The notes below the pieces were generated by a model. It was not told where the DNA came from. It worked only from the letters and a program-made list of their open reading frames with translations, and did no database searches. From contig CAWHTI010000001.1 in NCBI GenBank assembly GCA_963832225.1, forward strand, positions 197,033 through 261,032: a DNA stretch of 64,000 nt. The letters are read 5' to 3'. Positions 38,564-47,161 of the stretch are shown here, one piece after another. Position 1 is the stretch's first letter; every line of letters begins with the position of its first letter. Origin of the DNA: an uncultured Actinomycetes bacterium. GTDB taxonomy: Bacteria; Actinomycetota; UBA4738; HRBIN12. A program made the translations under genes and the position numbers.

Positions 38564-38590
38564 AGTATAGGTGGTCCGGGCTCGTGTCGA
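38564..38590 (-). promoter_or_regulatory. Candidate infC operon promoter: TCGACA, 15-nt spacer, TATACT
   Basis: Minus-strand TATACT at 38569-38564 and TCGACA at 38590-38585. The spacer is short, so the -35 assignment is weak. Confidence 0.3.
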
Positions 38591-38639
38591 CGAGGCGCCG
38601 ATCGGAGCGCCTGCGGGCCGGGCGGGTCCGCCGGTGGCC

Positions 38640-38990
38640 TCACCAGTCCGGCTCCAGGGGGCGGCCGTAGGCGTCCTCCAGTCGCTGGGTGTCGTCCTCG
38701 GTGGTGTACCCGTAGGCGATCTCCAGGACGCGGCCCCGCACCGAGCCGCGGTTGGCGATCCGGTGGGTCTCCTCCGCCGGCACCATGAACTCCTCTCCCG
38801 GCTGTGCGTCGACCTCCCGGTTCCCGACCTGGATCATCAGGCTCGGGTCCAGCACGACCCAGGTCTCGTCTCGCATCCGGTGGTAGTGCACGCTCGTCTC
38901 CTGGCCCGGCTCCACGGTGATGACCCTGACGGAGGACGGCTGGTTCAGGGCGTACGTGGCCACCTTCCCCCACGGCTTGTCGATGATCAT
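38640..38990 (-). CDS. Cupin-domain protein (mannose-6-phosphate isomerase type II C-terminal-like)
   Basis: [55 protein letters not shown]. The ATG at 38990 overlaps the ribH stop (ATGA). Confidence 0.7.
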   Translation of the reverse strand: MIIDKPWGKVATYALNQPSSVRVITVEPGQETSVHYHRMRDETWVVLDPSLMIQVGNREVDAQPGEEFMVPAEETHRIANRGSVRGRVLEIAYGYTTEDDTQRLEDAYGRPLEPDW

Positions 38991-39469
38991 GGCTCCGACT
39001 CCTTCGGCATGGCGTCGAGCAGCGCCGCCATCTCCAGGGCCGCCCGCGCGGCCTCCCACCCCTTGTTGCCGTGTGCTCCGCCGGCCCGCGCCTCCGCCTG
39101 CGCGAGATCGTCCGTTGCCAGCACCTCGAAGATCACCGGCACGCCGGTGGCGCGCGTGCCGCCTCCATGATCCCGCGCGCGGTCTCCGCTGCCACCAGCT
39201 CGAAGTGGGCGGTGTCGCCCCGGATCACGGCGCCCAGGCAGATCACGGCGTCGTAGTCGCGCGACGACGCGAGGCGCTGCGCCACGAGCGGGATCTCGAA
39301 GGCGCCGGGCACCCACGCGACGTCCACGTCGTCGTCGGCCACGCCGAACGACCGCAGCCCGTCCAGCGCGCCCTGCAGGAGCCGCGCCGTGATCGACCTC
39401 GTTGAACCGGGCCGCCACCACGGCGATCCGACGGCCACCACCGGCCGGCGTGCCCTCGAACGTCCTCAC
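38987..39469 (-). pseudogene. ribH: 6,7-dimethyl-8-ribityllumazine synthase, disrupted as sequenced by two mutually compensating frameshifts (about 39397 and 39155)
   Basis: [24 protein letters not shown], then [50 protein letters not shown] (ORF 39133..39441), then [23 protein letters not shown]. Confidence 0.85.
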
Positions 39470-40737
39470 ACGCGCTCCTCCGCCGGCAGCCCGTCCAGGA
39501 GGTGCCCCATCTTCTCCCGCTTCGCCCGCAGGTAGTTCACGTTCTGCGGCGTGGGCTCGGTCTCGATCGGCAGGCGCTCCTCGATCGCGAGGCCGTAGCC
39601 CTCGAGGCCCGCCCGCTTGTGCGGGTTGTTCGTGAGCAGGCGCATCGTCCGCACCCCGAGGTCCACCAGGATCTGCGCGCCGATCCCGTAGTCGCGCTGG
39701 TCCGCGGGGAAGCCCGAGCTCGAGGTTCGCCTCGACGGTGTCCCGGCCGCGATCCTGCAGCTCGTAGGCCCGGAGCTTGTGCGTGAGCCCGATCGCGCGG
39801 CCCTCGTGTCCCCGGATGTACAGAACCACCCCGCGGCCCTCGTCGCCGATCATCGCCATCGCGCGTTCGAGCTGCGCGCCGCAGTCGCACCGCAGTGACC
39901 CGAAGACGTCGCCGGTCAGGCACTCGGAGTGGACCCGCGTCAGCACTCCCGCGCCGTCGCCGATCTCTCCGAGCACCAGGGCCACGTGGGTCCGCCCGTC
40001 CACGGTGCTCTCGTAGGCGTAGGAGCGGAACTCGCCGTACGGCGTGGGGATGGCGGCCTCGGCGACCCTGGCCACGAGCGCCTCGCGCCGGCGCCGGTAC
40101 TCGATCAGGTCGGCGATCGAGATCAGCTTCATGCCGTGCTCCCTCGCGACCCGGATCGAGCTCGGGCAGGCGCGCCATGGTGCCGTCCGGATGCATGACC
40201 TCGCAGATCACGCCGGCCGGGAACATGCCGGCAAGGGTCACCAGGTCGACCGCCGCCTCGGTGTGCCCCGCGCGACGCAGGACCCCGCCCTCCTTCGCGC
40301 GCAGCGGGAAGACGTGACCGGGCTTCTGGAAGTCCGGCGGCCTTCACCGCCGGGTCGGCGATCGCCCGGGCGGTCACCGCGCGGTCGTGGGCGCTCGTCC
40401 CCGTGGTGATCTGCGGCCGGTAGTCGATCGAGACCGTGAACGCCGTCTCGTCGCTGCTGCCGTCGGAGACCATCTGCTGGATCCCCAGCTCGTCGAGCCG
40501 CCATGCGGCGACCGGCAGGCACACGATCCCCCGGCCGTGGGTGACCATGAAGTTGATGTCGTGCGGCCGTCGCCGCCTCGGCCGCCATGATGAAGTCGCC
40601 CTCGTTCTCCCGGTCGGCGTCGTCGACCACGAGCACCATCCGTCCGGCCCTGATGTCGTCGACCGCCTCCTCGATCGTGGCGAAGGCCGCCTCGCATCCT
40701 CCGCCGTGCCGGCCGGATCCTGCACTGTCTCGCTCAT
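39466..40737 (-). pseudogene. ribBA: Bifunctional DHBP synthase / GTP cyclohydrolase II, disrupted as sequenced by about five frameshifts
   Basis: The pieces, across three frames, are: [15 protein letters not shown]; [39 protein letters not shown]; [26 protein letters not shown]; [31 protein letters not shown]..; [46 protein letters not shown]; [28 protein letters not shown]. Shifts are near 40690, 40565, 40335, 40150 and 39715. Confidence 0.85.
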
Positions 40738-41350
40738 CGGTCGCTCCTTCCGAGCAGTCTTTCCACGTACTTGGCCACGTTCTTGGCCACGTACTTCGCG
40801 ATCACGTCGACCTCGAGGTTCACGGGGTCGCCCGGGCGTGCGGCGCCCGAACGTGGTGACGGCGAGGGTGTGCGGGATCAGCGCGACGTCCACGCCGTCC
40901 GCGTGCAGCGGTCGCCACCGTGAGGCTGACGCCGTCGACGGTGATCGAGCCCTTCTCGACCACGTAGCGCAGGAGATCCGCCGGGATGCGGACCGTGACG
41001 ACGGCCCCTCCCGCGCCGTCGTCGCGAGACGGCGGCGACCTCGCCGACGCCGTCCACGTGCCCCTGCACCAGGTGGCCGCCCAGTCGCGTCCCGAGCGTC
41101 GCGGGACGCTCGAGGTTCACGGGGTCGCCCGGCGGCGAGCCGGCGAAGGCTCGATCTGCTCAGCGTCTCCGGGGAGACGTCGAACGCGAGGCGGTCCTCG
41201 CCGCGCTCCACCACCGTGAGGCAGACGCCGTTCACCGCCACGGAGGCGCCGACCCCGCTGTCGCGCGGGACCGTCCGGCACGCGACCTCCAGGCGATGGT
41301 CCGTGCGACGTGCGCACCTCGCCCCGCTCCTCAACGATCCCGGTGAACAT
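40734..41350 (-). pseudogene. ribE: Riboflavin synthase alpha chain, disrupted as sequenced by about five frameshifts
   Basis: The pieces are: [13 protein letters not shown]; GASVAVNGVCLTVVERGEDRLAFDVSPETL; [28 protein letters not shown]; [20 protein letters not shown]; [19 protein letters not shown]; [14 protein letters not shown]. Shifts are near 41310, 41125, 41025, 40900 and 40830. Confidence 0.85.
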
Positions 41351-42448
41351 CGGCCTCCAATCGAAGGTCGGCGCCGAGCCGCTCGACGGACACGTGAGCT
41401 CCAGCCGCAGCGCGTCGGCGATCGATGCGAACCCCTCGCCGCCCAGCGCGCCGGGCGCGTCCGCCCCGCCCACCAGGGTCGGGGGCGAGGTACCAGACGA
41501 CCCGGTCGACGACCCCGTCCCGGATCGCGCTCCACGCGAGGGTGGGGCCTCCCTCGAGCAGGACGCCCTGGACGTCGCGCTTGCCGAGCGCGGCCAGCAG
41601 CGCCGGGCAGCGAGACGCCGCCGGTCGCGTCGCGGTCGAGGGTCGCGACCTCGGCGCCGGCCGCCTCGCCATTCGGTGCGTCGGCCGTCGGGCGCGAGGT
41701 CGGTCGTGGCCACGAGCGTTGGCGCGCCGCCCTCGAAGAGCCGACCCGACGCGGGCAGGCGGCCGGACGTGTCGATGGCGACCCGCATCGGCGGGGTGGC
41801 GCCCGGGATGGGCGGGGTCGCGGACGGTGAGCTGCGGGTCGTCGGCGGCCACCGTGCCGGCTCCGACCACGATCGCGTCGGCCCAGGCCCGCAGCCGATG
41901 CGCGTCGGCGCGGGCCTCCTCGCCGGTGATCCACCGGGACGAGCCGTCGCGGGCGGCGGCCTTGCCGTCGAGCGAGGCGGCCGTCTTCAGGACCACGAAC
42001 GGCATGCCGGTGGTGACGTGGCGCTCGAAGGCGGCGTTCAGCCGGTGCGCCTCGTCGGCCAGCGGACCGAGCGACGACCTCGATGCCAGCCGCCCGCGAG
42101 GCGTCCGCGATGCCCCGCCCGTCCACGAGTGGGTTCGGATCCACCGCGCCGACCACCACGCGGGCGACGCCCGGCCTCGATCAGCGCCCGGGTGCAGGGC
42201 GGGGTGCTCCCGGTGTGGTCACACGGCTCGAGCGAGCAGACGACCGTGGCGCCGCGCGCTCGCGCGCCCGCCGCGCGCAGGGCCCGCACCTCGGCGTGCG
42301 GGCGGCCCCGAGGGCCCTCGAACCAGCCCTCGCCCACGACCTCGTCGCCGCGGACGACGAGGGCGCCGACCATGGGATTGGGCGCGACGTGGCCCCAGCC
42401 TCGCTCCGCGAGCTCCAGGGCCCTGCGCATGTGCCGTGCCTCGTCCAC
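41331..42448 (-). pseudogene. ribD: Riboflavin biosynthesis deaminase/reductase RibD, disrupted as sequenced by about seven frameshifts
   Basis: The pieces are: [62 protein letters not shown]; [16 protein letters not shown]; [34 protein letters not shown]..; [12 protein letters not shown]; [11 protein letters not shown]; [16 protein letters not shown]; [10 protein letters not shown]; [12 protein letters not shown]. Shifts are near 42165, 42075, 41815, 41690, 41600, 41490 and 41395. Confidence 0.85.
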
Positions 42449-42542
42449 CGCGTCTCCGCCCTGTTGGCGCTGCCGCTTCGTGTCCGGGGCGGTGGGTGCG
42501 CACGAGCCAGGCGGCGGCGCAGGCGTGCGCCACCGCGTCGCT

Positions 42543-42665
42543 CGTCTCCTCCCATCCCGACTTTCACGGTCGGTCCCGGAATCTCGCCGGGTCCACCCCC
42601 GCGTGGCTCGCGGAGGGTCGCGGACTGTCACCGCCGGTGGGGAATCGCACCCCGCCCCGAAGACG
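42543..42665 (-). promoter_or_regulatory. FMN riboswitch (RFN element) upstream of ribD
   Basis: The minus sense reads CGTCTTCGGGGCGGGGTGCGATTCCCCACCGGCGGTGACAGTCCGCGACCC..GGTGGACCCGGCGAGATTCCGGGACCGACCGTGAAAGTCGGGATGGGAGGAGACG. This matches the conserved RFN core blocks. P1 is CGUCUUC/GGAGACG. Confidence 0.9.
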
Positions 42666-42724
42666 AACTTCGTGCATCCAGTATAGGCGGGCCACACCGG
42701 ACGGAGGGTGCACCGCCGGGGCGG

Positions 42725-42743
42725 CTGAGCCCCTGGGGCTCAG
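42725..42743 (-). terminator. Palindrome ctgagcccc-a-ggggctcag that includes the stop codon of the REC-GGDEF gene; possible terminator without a U tract
   Basis: 9-nt arms, seen directly. No T-run follows. Confidence 0.3.
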
Positions 42744-43669
42744 GGCATGCGGCGGTCGACGGCGTAGCTGGAACCGCCGTCGCGCTTGGCGAACTGCTTC
42801 ATCTCCGTGGCCACGGCGACGGCCTCGCCGTAGTGCGCGAAGGCGCGCTTGGCCGTGGTCGCGATGCCGATCGAGATCGCCACGAGGGGGATGTCCTGCA
42901 GGACCCCCTTGCGGTCCTCCATGTGCACGGTGCCCTTGGCCAGATCCTCTGGCTCGTAGAACTCGCCGAGGCTCGCGTCGAACCGTTCGCAGATCCGCTT
43001 GGCGATGTCCTCGGCCAGGTCGGTGGGCACCACCGCCACGAAGTCGTCGCCGCCGACGTGACCCACGAAACTCTCCGCGCCGGCGAACTCCACCACCGCG
43101 TCCTGGATCGTGCGCGCCGTGGCCTGGATCAGCCGGTCGCCCCGCACGAACCCCTTCTGGTCGTTGTACGTCTTGAAGTTGTCCAGGTCGCAGTAGAGGA
43201 CGGCGAACGGACGCGCGTCCCGCACCTGCCGCTCGATCTCCTCCTGGATCCGGATGTTGCCGGGCAGCCCCGTGAGCGGCGAGAGGTTGCGCATCTCCTT
43301 CGCGCGCCGCAGCGTTCCCTTCACCCGGGCCAGCAGCTCGATGGGGTCGAACGGCTTGATGATGTAGTCGTCGGCGCCCGACTGCAGGCCCGTGACCTTG
43401 TCCGCGGAGAGCGCCTTGGCAGTGAGCATGATGATGCTCGTGTTGGCGGTCTGGGGGTTCTTCCGCAGCCGCGCCGCCACCTCGAACCCGTCGATGCGGG
43501 GCATCATCACGTCCAGCAGCACGAGGTCGGGACGGAGCGCTCCAGCCTTATCGAGCGCCTCCTCGCCGTCGCCGGCCACCGCGACCTCGTACCCGGCGGA
43601 ACGGAGATTCACCTCCACGAAGCGTGCGATGTCGGGGTCGTCGTCCACCACGAGGATCGTCTCCGGCAT
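42740..43669 (-). CDS. Response regulator with REC and GGDEF-type domains (signature reads GGDDF)
   Basis: MPETILVVDDDPDIARFV..LVLLDVMMPRIDG..IIMLTAK..DDYIIKPF, then PLTGLPGN..LYCDLDNFKTYND..VGHVGGDDFVAV. ATG at 43669 with GGAGGTGGGTG upstream. Confidence 0.85.
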   Translation of the reverse strand: MPETILVVDDDPDIARFVEVNLRSAGYEVAVAGDGEEALDKAGALRPDLVLLDVMMPRIDGFEVAARLRKNPQTANTSIIMLTAKALSADKVTGLQSGADDYIIKPFDPIELLARVKGTLRRAKEMRNLSPLTGLPGNIRIQEEIERQVRDARPFAVLYCDLDNFKTYNDQKGFVRGDRLIQATARTIQDAVVEFAGAESFVGHVGGDDFVAVVPTDLAEDIAKRICERFDASLGEFYEPEDLAKGTVHMEDRKGVLQDIPLVAISIGIATTAKRAFAHYGEAVAVATEMKQFAKRDGGSSYAVDRRMP

Positions 43670-43685
43670 CACCCACCTCCTTCGC

Positions 43686-44363
43686 TCATGCGTCGCCCTC
43701 GGCGGCGTCCCCGCCGGCGGCGATCCGGGAGAGTTCCCGAGCGGCCGCGGCGATGTCGGTCGCCTGGAATATAGCCGAGGCGGCCACCAGCACGTTCGCA
43801 CCCGCATCGAGGGCTTTGCGGGCGTTCGCGGGCGTGATGCCGCCGTCGATCTCCACATCGGCATCCAGGCCTCTGCGCTCGAGCTCCCCGCGCACGGCAT
43901 CGACCTTCGGCAGCGAGATCGGGTTGAACGGCTGACCCGCCCAGCCCGGCTGCACGCTCATCACGATCACGTCGTCGAGCTCCTCCAGGTACGGCAGGAC
44001 CCGCTCTACGGGGGTCTCGGGATTGACGGCCAGGCCCACGTCCAGGCCGGCCCCGCGCGCCTTCGCAAGGACCGGGCGGGGGTCGTCCACGGCCTCGACG
44101 TGGACAGAGACCGCATCCATGCCGGCCTCGGCGAGCTCGTCCAGGAGCGACTCCGGGGTCTCCACCTGGAGATGCCCATGCAGGCGGCGGCTGGTGACCC
44201 GTCGCACCGCCGCGACGACGAGGGGTCCGAACGTGAGGGGCGGTACGAATCGGCCGTCCATGACGTCGATGTGGATCACCTGAGCGAACGGCTCCACGAG
44301 GCGGACCTGATCCCCGAGGTGGGCGAGGTCCGCGGACAGGATCGACGCGGAGAGCTTCGCCAC
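43686..44363 (-). CDS. rpe: Ribulose-phosphate 3-epimerase
   Basis: Intact 225-aa ORF: SILSADLAHLGDQV..IHIDVMDGRFVPPLTFG..MSVQPGWAGQPF..EIDGGI. Confidence 0.95.
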   Translation of the reverse strand: MAKLSASILSADLAHLGDQVRLVEPFAQVIHIDVMDGRFVPPLTFGPLVVAAVRRVTSRRLHGHLQVETPESLLDELAEAGMDAVSVHVEAVDDPRPVLAKARGAGLDVGLAVNPETPVERVLPYLEELDDVIVMSVQPGWAGQPFNPISLPKVDAVRGELERRGLDADVEIDGGITPANARKALDAGANVLVAASAIFQATDIAAAARELSRIAAGGDAAEGDA

Positions 44364-44372
44364 GGCGCGATC

Positions 44373-45671
44373 CTACCGGTCTCCCGGCGCCCGGCGCCGG
44401 AAGGCGGCGGCGAACATCCCGTCGCAGCCGTGCAGGTGCGGCCACAGCCGGACCCGGTCCGCGGGCCCGTCGGGACCCTCGATCGCCACCGGCTCAAGAT
44501 CGGGCCGCTTCGCCTGCAACGCATCGCATGCCGCGTCCGTCTCGGCCCGCGGGAACGTGCAGACCGAGTAGACGAGGCGCCCGCCCGGACGCAGCTGATC
44601 CGCCGCGGCCGTCGCGATCGCCACCTGCCGGCGCGCGAGGCCCGACAGGTCGGAGCGGCGGCCCCGCCACAGCAGCTCGGGGCGGCGGCGCGCCGAGCCC
44701 ACGCCGCTGCACGGTGCGTCGACGAGCACGCGATCGAACGGACCGCGCAGGGCCGGCGCCAGGGCGTCCTGCGCCAGCACGTGCCCCGGCACGCCCAGTC
44801 GCGCCACGGTCGCGGACACCAGCGCCGCCCGCTGCGGCTGGACGTCGCCGCCGATCGCCAGACCCGTCTCACCGACCGCGCACGCGATGTGCGCCAGCTT
44901 CCCGCCGGGCCCCGCGCAGACGTCCAGGATCCGCTCGCCCGGCTGCGGGTCCAGCGCCGCTACGACGAACGCGGACGCCTGGTCCTGCACCGCGAACGAG
45001 CCCTCGGCGAACCCCGGCAGCGCCGTGGGATCGCCGCTGCCCTCCAGCAGCAGCGTGTCGGGGTGGATGCCCCCGCGGCGGGGATGGTGCCCGGCCGCCA
45101 GAAGATCCTGCTCCAGATCGGCGACGGTGCGGCGGCACCGGTTCGCGCGCAGCGTGAGATCCGCCCGCTCCGCGAGCGCGGCGGCGGCGGTCTCCGCCTC
45201 GTCGCCCAGCAGGCGGCGGAGCTCGCCCACCGCCCACACGGACAGACCGGTCCGCACGGATACCTCCTGGTCGCCGTGGCCCCCGGGCATGGGCGGTCTC
45301 CCGCGGGCGAGCGAGCGGAGCACCGCGTTCACGAACCCGCGCTCCCGCGCCGAGGCCAGCCCCACGGTCTCGGCGACGGCGGCGTGATCGGGCACGCGCG
45401 TGAACGCGAGCTGGTACGTGCCCAGCCGCAGCGCGGCCAGCGCTCCCGCGCTGATGCGGGCGGGCGGGCGGCTCGATGCGGCGGCGATCATCCAGTCCAG
45501 CGTCACCAGCCGCCGCAGGGTCCCGTACGCGAGCTCGGCTGCGAACGCGCGACCCTGCTCGTCGAGGCCGGATCGCCGCAGGCCCGCCGGGACCGCCAGG
45601 TTCGAATACCCTCCGTGCTCGGTCACGCGGCGGATCGCCGCCAGCGCGACGGCGCGGGCCTCGTCCGTCAT
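44373..45671 (-). CDS. rsmB: 16S rRNA (cytosine-C5)-methyltransferase RsmB/Sun
   Basis: MTDEARAVALAAIRRV.. (NusB-like N-terminal domain), ..ILDVCAGPGGKLAH..VLVDAPCSGVG..LVYSVCT. The ATG at 45671 overlaps the fmt stop. Confidence 0.9.
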   Translation of the reverse strand: MTDEARAVALAAIRRVTEHGGYSNLAVPAGLRRSGLDEQGRAFAAELAYGTLRRLVTLDWMIAAASSRPPARISAGALAALRLGTYQLAFTRVPDHAAVAETVGLASARERGFVNAVLRSLARGRPPMPGGHGDQEVSVRTGLSVWAVGELRRLLGDEAETAAAALAERADLTLRANRCRRTVADLEQDLLAAGHHPRRGGIHPDTLLLEGSGDPTALPGFAEGSFAVQDQASAFVVAALDPQPGERILDVCAGPGGKLAHIACAVGETGLAIGGDVQPQRAALVSATVARLGVPGHVLAQDALAPALRGPFDRVLVDAPCSGVGSARRRPELLWRGRRSDLSGLARRQVAIATAAADQLRPGGRLVYSVCTFPRAETDAACDALQAKRPDLEPVAIEGPDGPADRVRLWPHLHGCDGMFAAAFRRRAPGDR

Positions 45672-46618
45672 CCGAGCCGCTCGCCGGGCTCGAGCCGCGA
45701 GCCCCGCAGCCATGCGCCGGCCGGCATCCGAGGCCGTCCCTCGGCGGCGACCTCGAGGACGCGGACGCCCCCCTCCCCCGCCGCGACCTCGAACCACGCC
45801 GGGTCGACGCGCACGACCGTCCCCGCCGCCGCCTCGGCGGGACCGGTGGCTCCCGCATCGGCGACGGATGCGGCGAGGATCTTCAGGATGCGGCCGCCGC
45901 GCAGGGTGTCGGCGCCCGGCCGGGGGGCGAACGCGCGCACCCGCCCCACCAGCTCCGCCGCCGGGCGGTCCCACCGCAGCCGGCGATCCTCGGCCGTCAG
46001 CTTCGGCGCGACGGTGGCGAGGGTGTCGTCCTGGGCGCGAGGCGTGATCCGCTCCGCCGCGAGGTCCACGATCGTGTGCGCGAGCAGCTCACCTCCCAGC
46101 CGCGCCAGCCGCGCTCCGAGGCGGCCGGCGTCGTCCTCGGCCTCGACCGCCACGGCGGCCTGCGCCAGCACCGGGCCGGTGTCGAGATCCTCGTCGAGCA
46201 GCATCGCGGTGACGCCCGTCTCCGTGTCCCCCGCCAGCAGCGCGTGTTGCACGGGGCTCGCGCCGCGCCACCGCGGCAGGAGGGAGAGATGCAGGTTCAC
46301 GGCGCCGAGCCTCCCCGCCTCCAGGACCTCCGCCGGCAGGAGCTCGCCGTAGGCCACCACGACCACGACGTCGGGGTCGGCCTCGCGCAGCGCCGACAGG
46401 CCGGGACCGGTGACGACGGTCGGAACCTCGAGGAGCGGCAGGTCCAGTGCGCGGGCGCTCACCGCGACCGGTGTGGGCGCCGGGGGCGCCCCACGCCGTC
46501 CCGGTCTGGGCGTCCGGGTGAGCACGAGGACCGGCTCGATCCCGGGATCGCCGGCGAGGGCCTCGAGCGGTGGCACGGACCAGGCATCGTTGCCGAGGTA
46601 GACCACACGCGCGCCCAC
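45668..46618 (-). CDS. fmt: Methionyl-tRNA formyltransferase
   Basis: VVYLGNDAWSVPPLEAL..VVVVAYGELLP..AVNLHLSLLPRWRGASPVQHALLAGD. The GTG start (46618 or 46609) is chosen inside ORF 45668..46891. Confidence 0.9.
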   Translation of the reverse strand: MGARVVYLGNDAWSVPPLEALAGDPGIEPVLVLTRTPRPGRRGAPPAPTPVAVSARALDLPLLEVPTVVTGPGLSALREADPDVVVVVAYGELLPAEVLEAGRLGAVNLHLSLLPRWRGASPVQHALLAGDTETGVTAMLLDEDLDTGPVLAQAAVAVEAEDDAGRLGARLARLGGELLAHTIVDLAAERITPRAQDDTLATVAPKLTAEDRRLRWDRPAAELVGRVRAFAPRPGADTLRGGRILKILAASVADAGATGPAEAAAGTVVRVDPAWFEVAAGEGGVRVLEVAAEGRPRMPAGAWLRGSRLEPGERLG

Positions 46619-46623
46619 GGCGC

Positions 46624-47160
46624 CTACCCCTCGTCGTCTCTGCTGCGCTGCCGCGGCACGGCGAGCCCCATCTCGATCTGCCGGAGCTCGGCCATCACGG
46701 AGCGTCGCCCCTCGTCGTCGAGGCGGTCGATGTACAGGGCGCCCTCCAGGTGGTCGGTCTCGTGCTGGAAGATCCGGGCCAGCAGTCCCTCCGCCTCGAT
46801 CTGGACCGGACGTCCCCGCTCGTCGACCCCGGTGATCAGCACCTGGGCCGCACGGGCGGTGGGATAGAACGGGCCGGGGATCGACAGACATCCCTCCTCG
46901 CGGATCAGCTCGCCCTCCAGCAGCGTCAACTCCGGGTTCGCGAGGAACGACGGGCCGGTCTCACCGTCGTCGTAGGTGAACAGCCGGTACGACAGGCCGA
47001 CCTGCGGGCCGGCGAGGCCCACGCCGTTCGCCGCGTACATCGTCTCGGTCATCTCGTCGACCAGGCGGCGAAGCGCCCGGTCGAACCGCTCGACGGGCTT
47101 CGACGGTTCCCGCAGCACGGGATCCCCCAGGATGCGGATCGGCATCGCCACGCGCGGCAT
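46624..47160 (-). CDS. def: Peptide deformylase
   Basis: GVGLAGPQVG..EGCLSIPG..QHETDHLEG. Alternative ATG at 47145. Confidence 0.95.
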   Translation of the reverse strand: MPRVAMPIRILGDPVLREPSKPVERFDRALRRLVDEMTETMYAANGVGLAGPQVGLSYRLFTYDDGETGPSFLANPELTLLEGELIREEGCLSIPGPFYPTARAAQVLITGVDERGRPVQIEAEGLLARIFQHETDHLEGALYIDRLDDEGRRSVMAELRQIEMGLAVPRQRSRDDEG

Positions 47161-47161
47161 C

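Noticed and set aside
38514-38636. Long-range inverted repeat (caccggacccgcc at 38514-38526 and ggcgggtccgccggtg at 38621-38636) as a large leader structure
   Set aside because: The distal arm lies upstream of the predicted infC promoter, directly after the cupin stop. The two arms would therefore only be co-transcribed by read-through. The match is also imperfect, with 2 extra nt. The local hairpin and U-tract explanation is simpler.
40745-40800. Short internal repeat in the ribE 3' end (gtggccaag..acgtgg, giving [12 protein letters not shown])
   Set aside because: It spans only about 15 nt, is imperfect and in-frame, and lies in a region already full of sequence defects. There is not enough to call a meaningful repeat.
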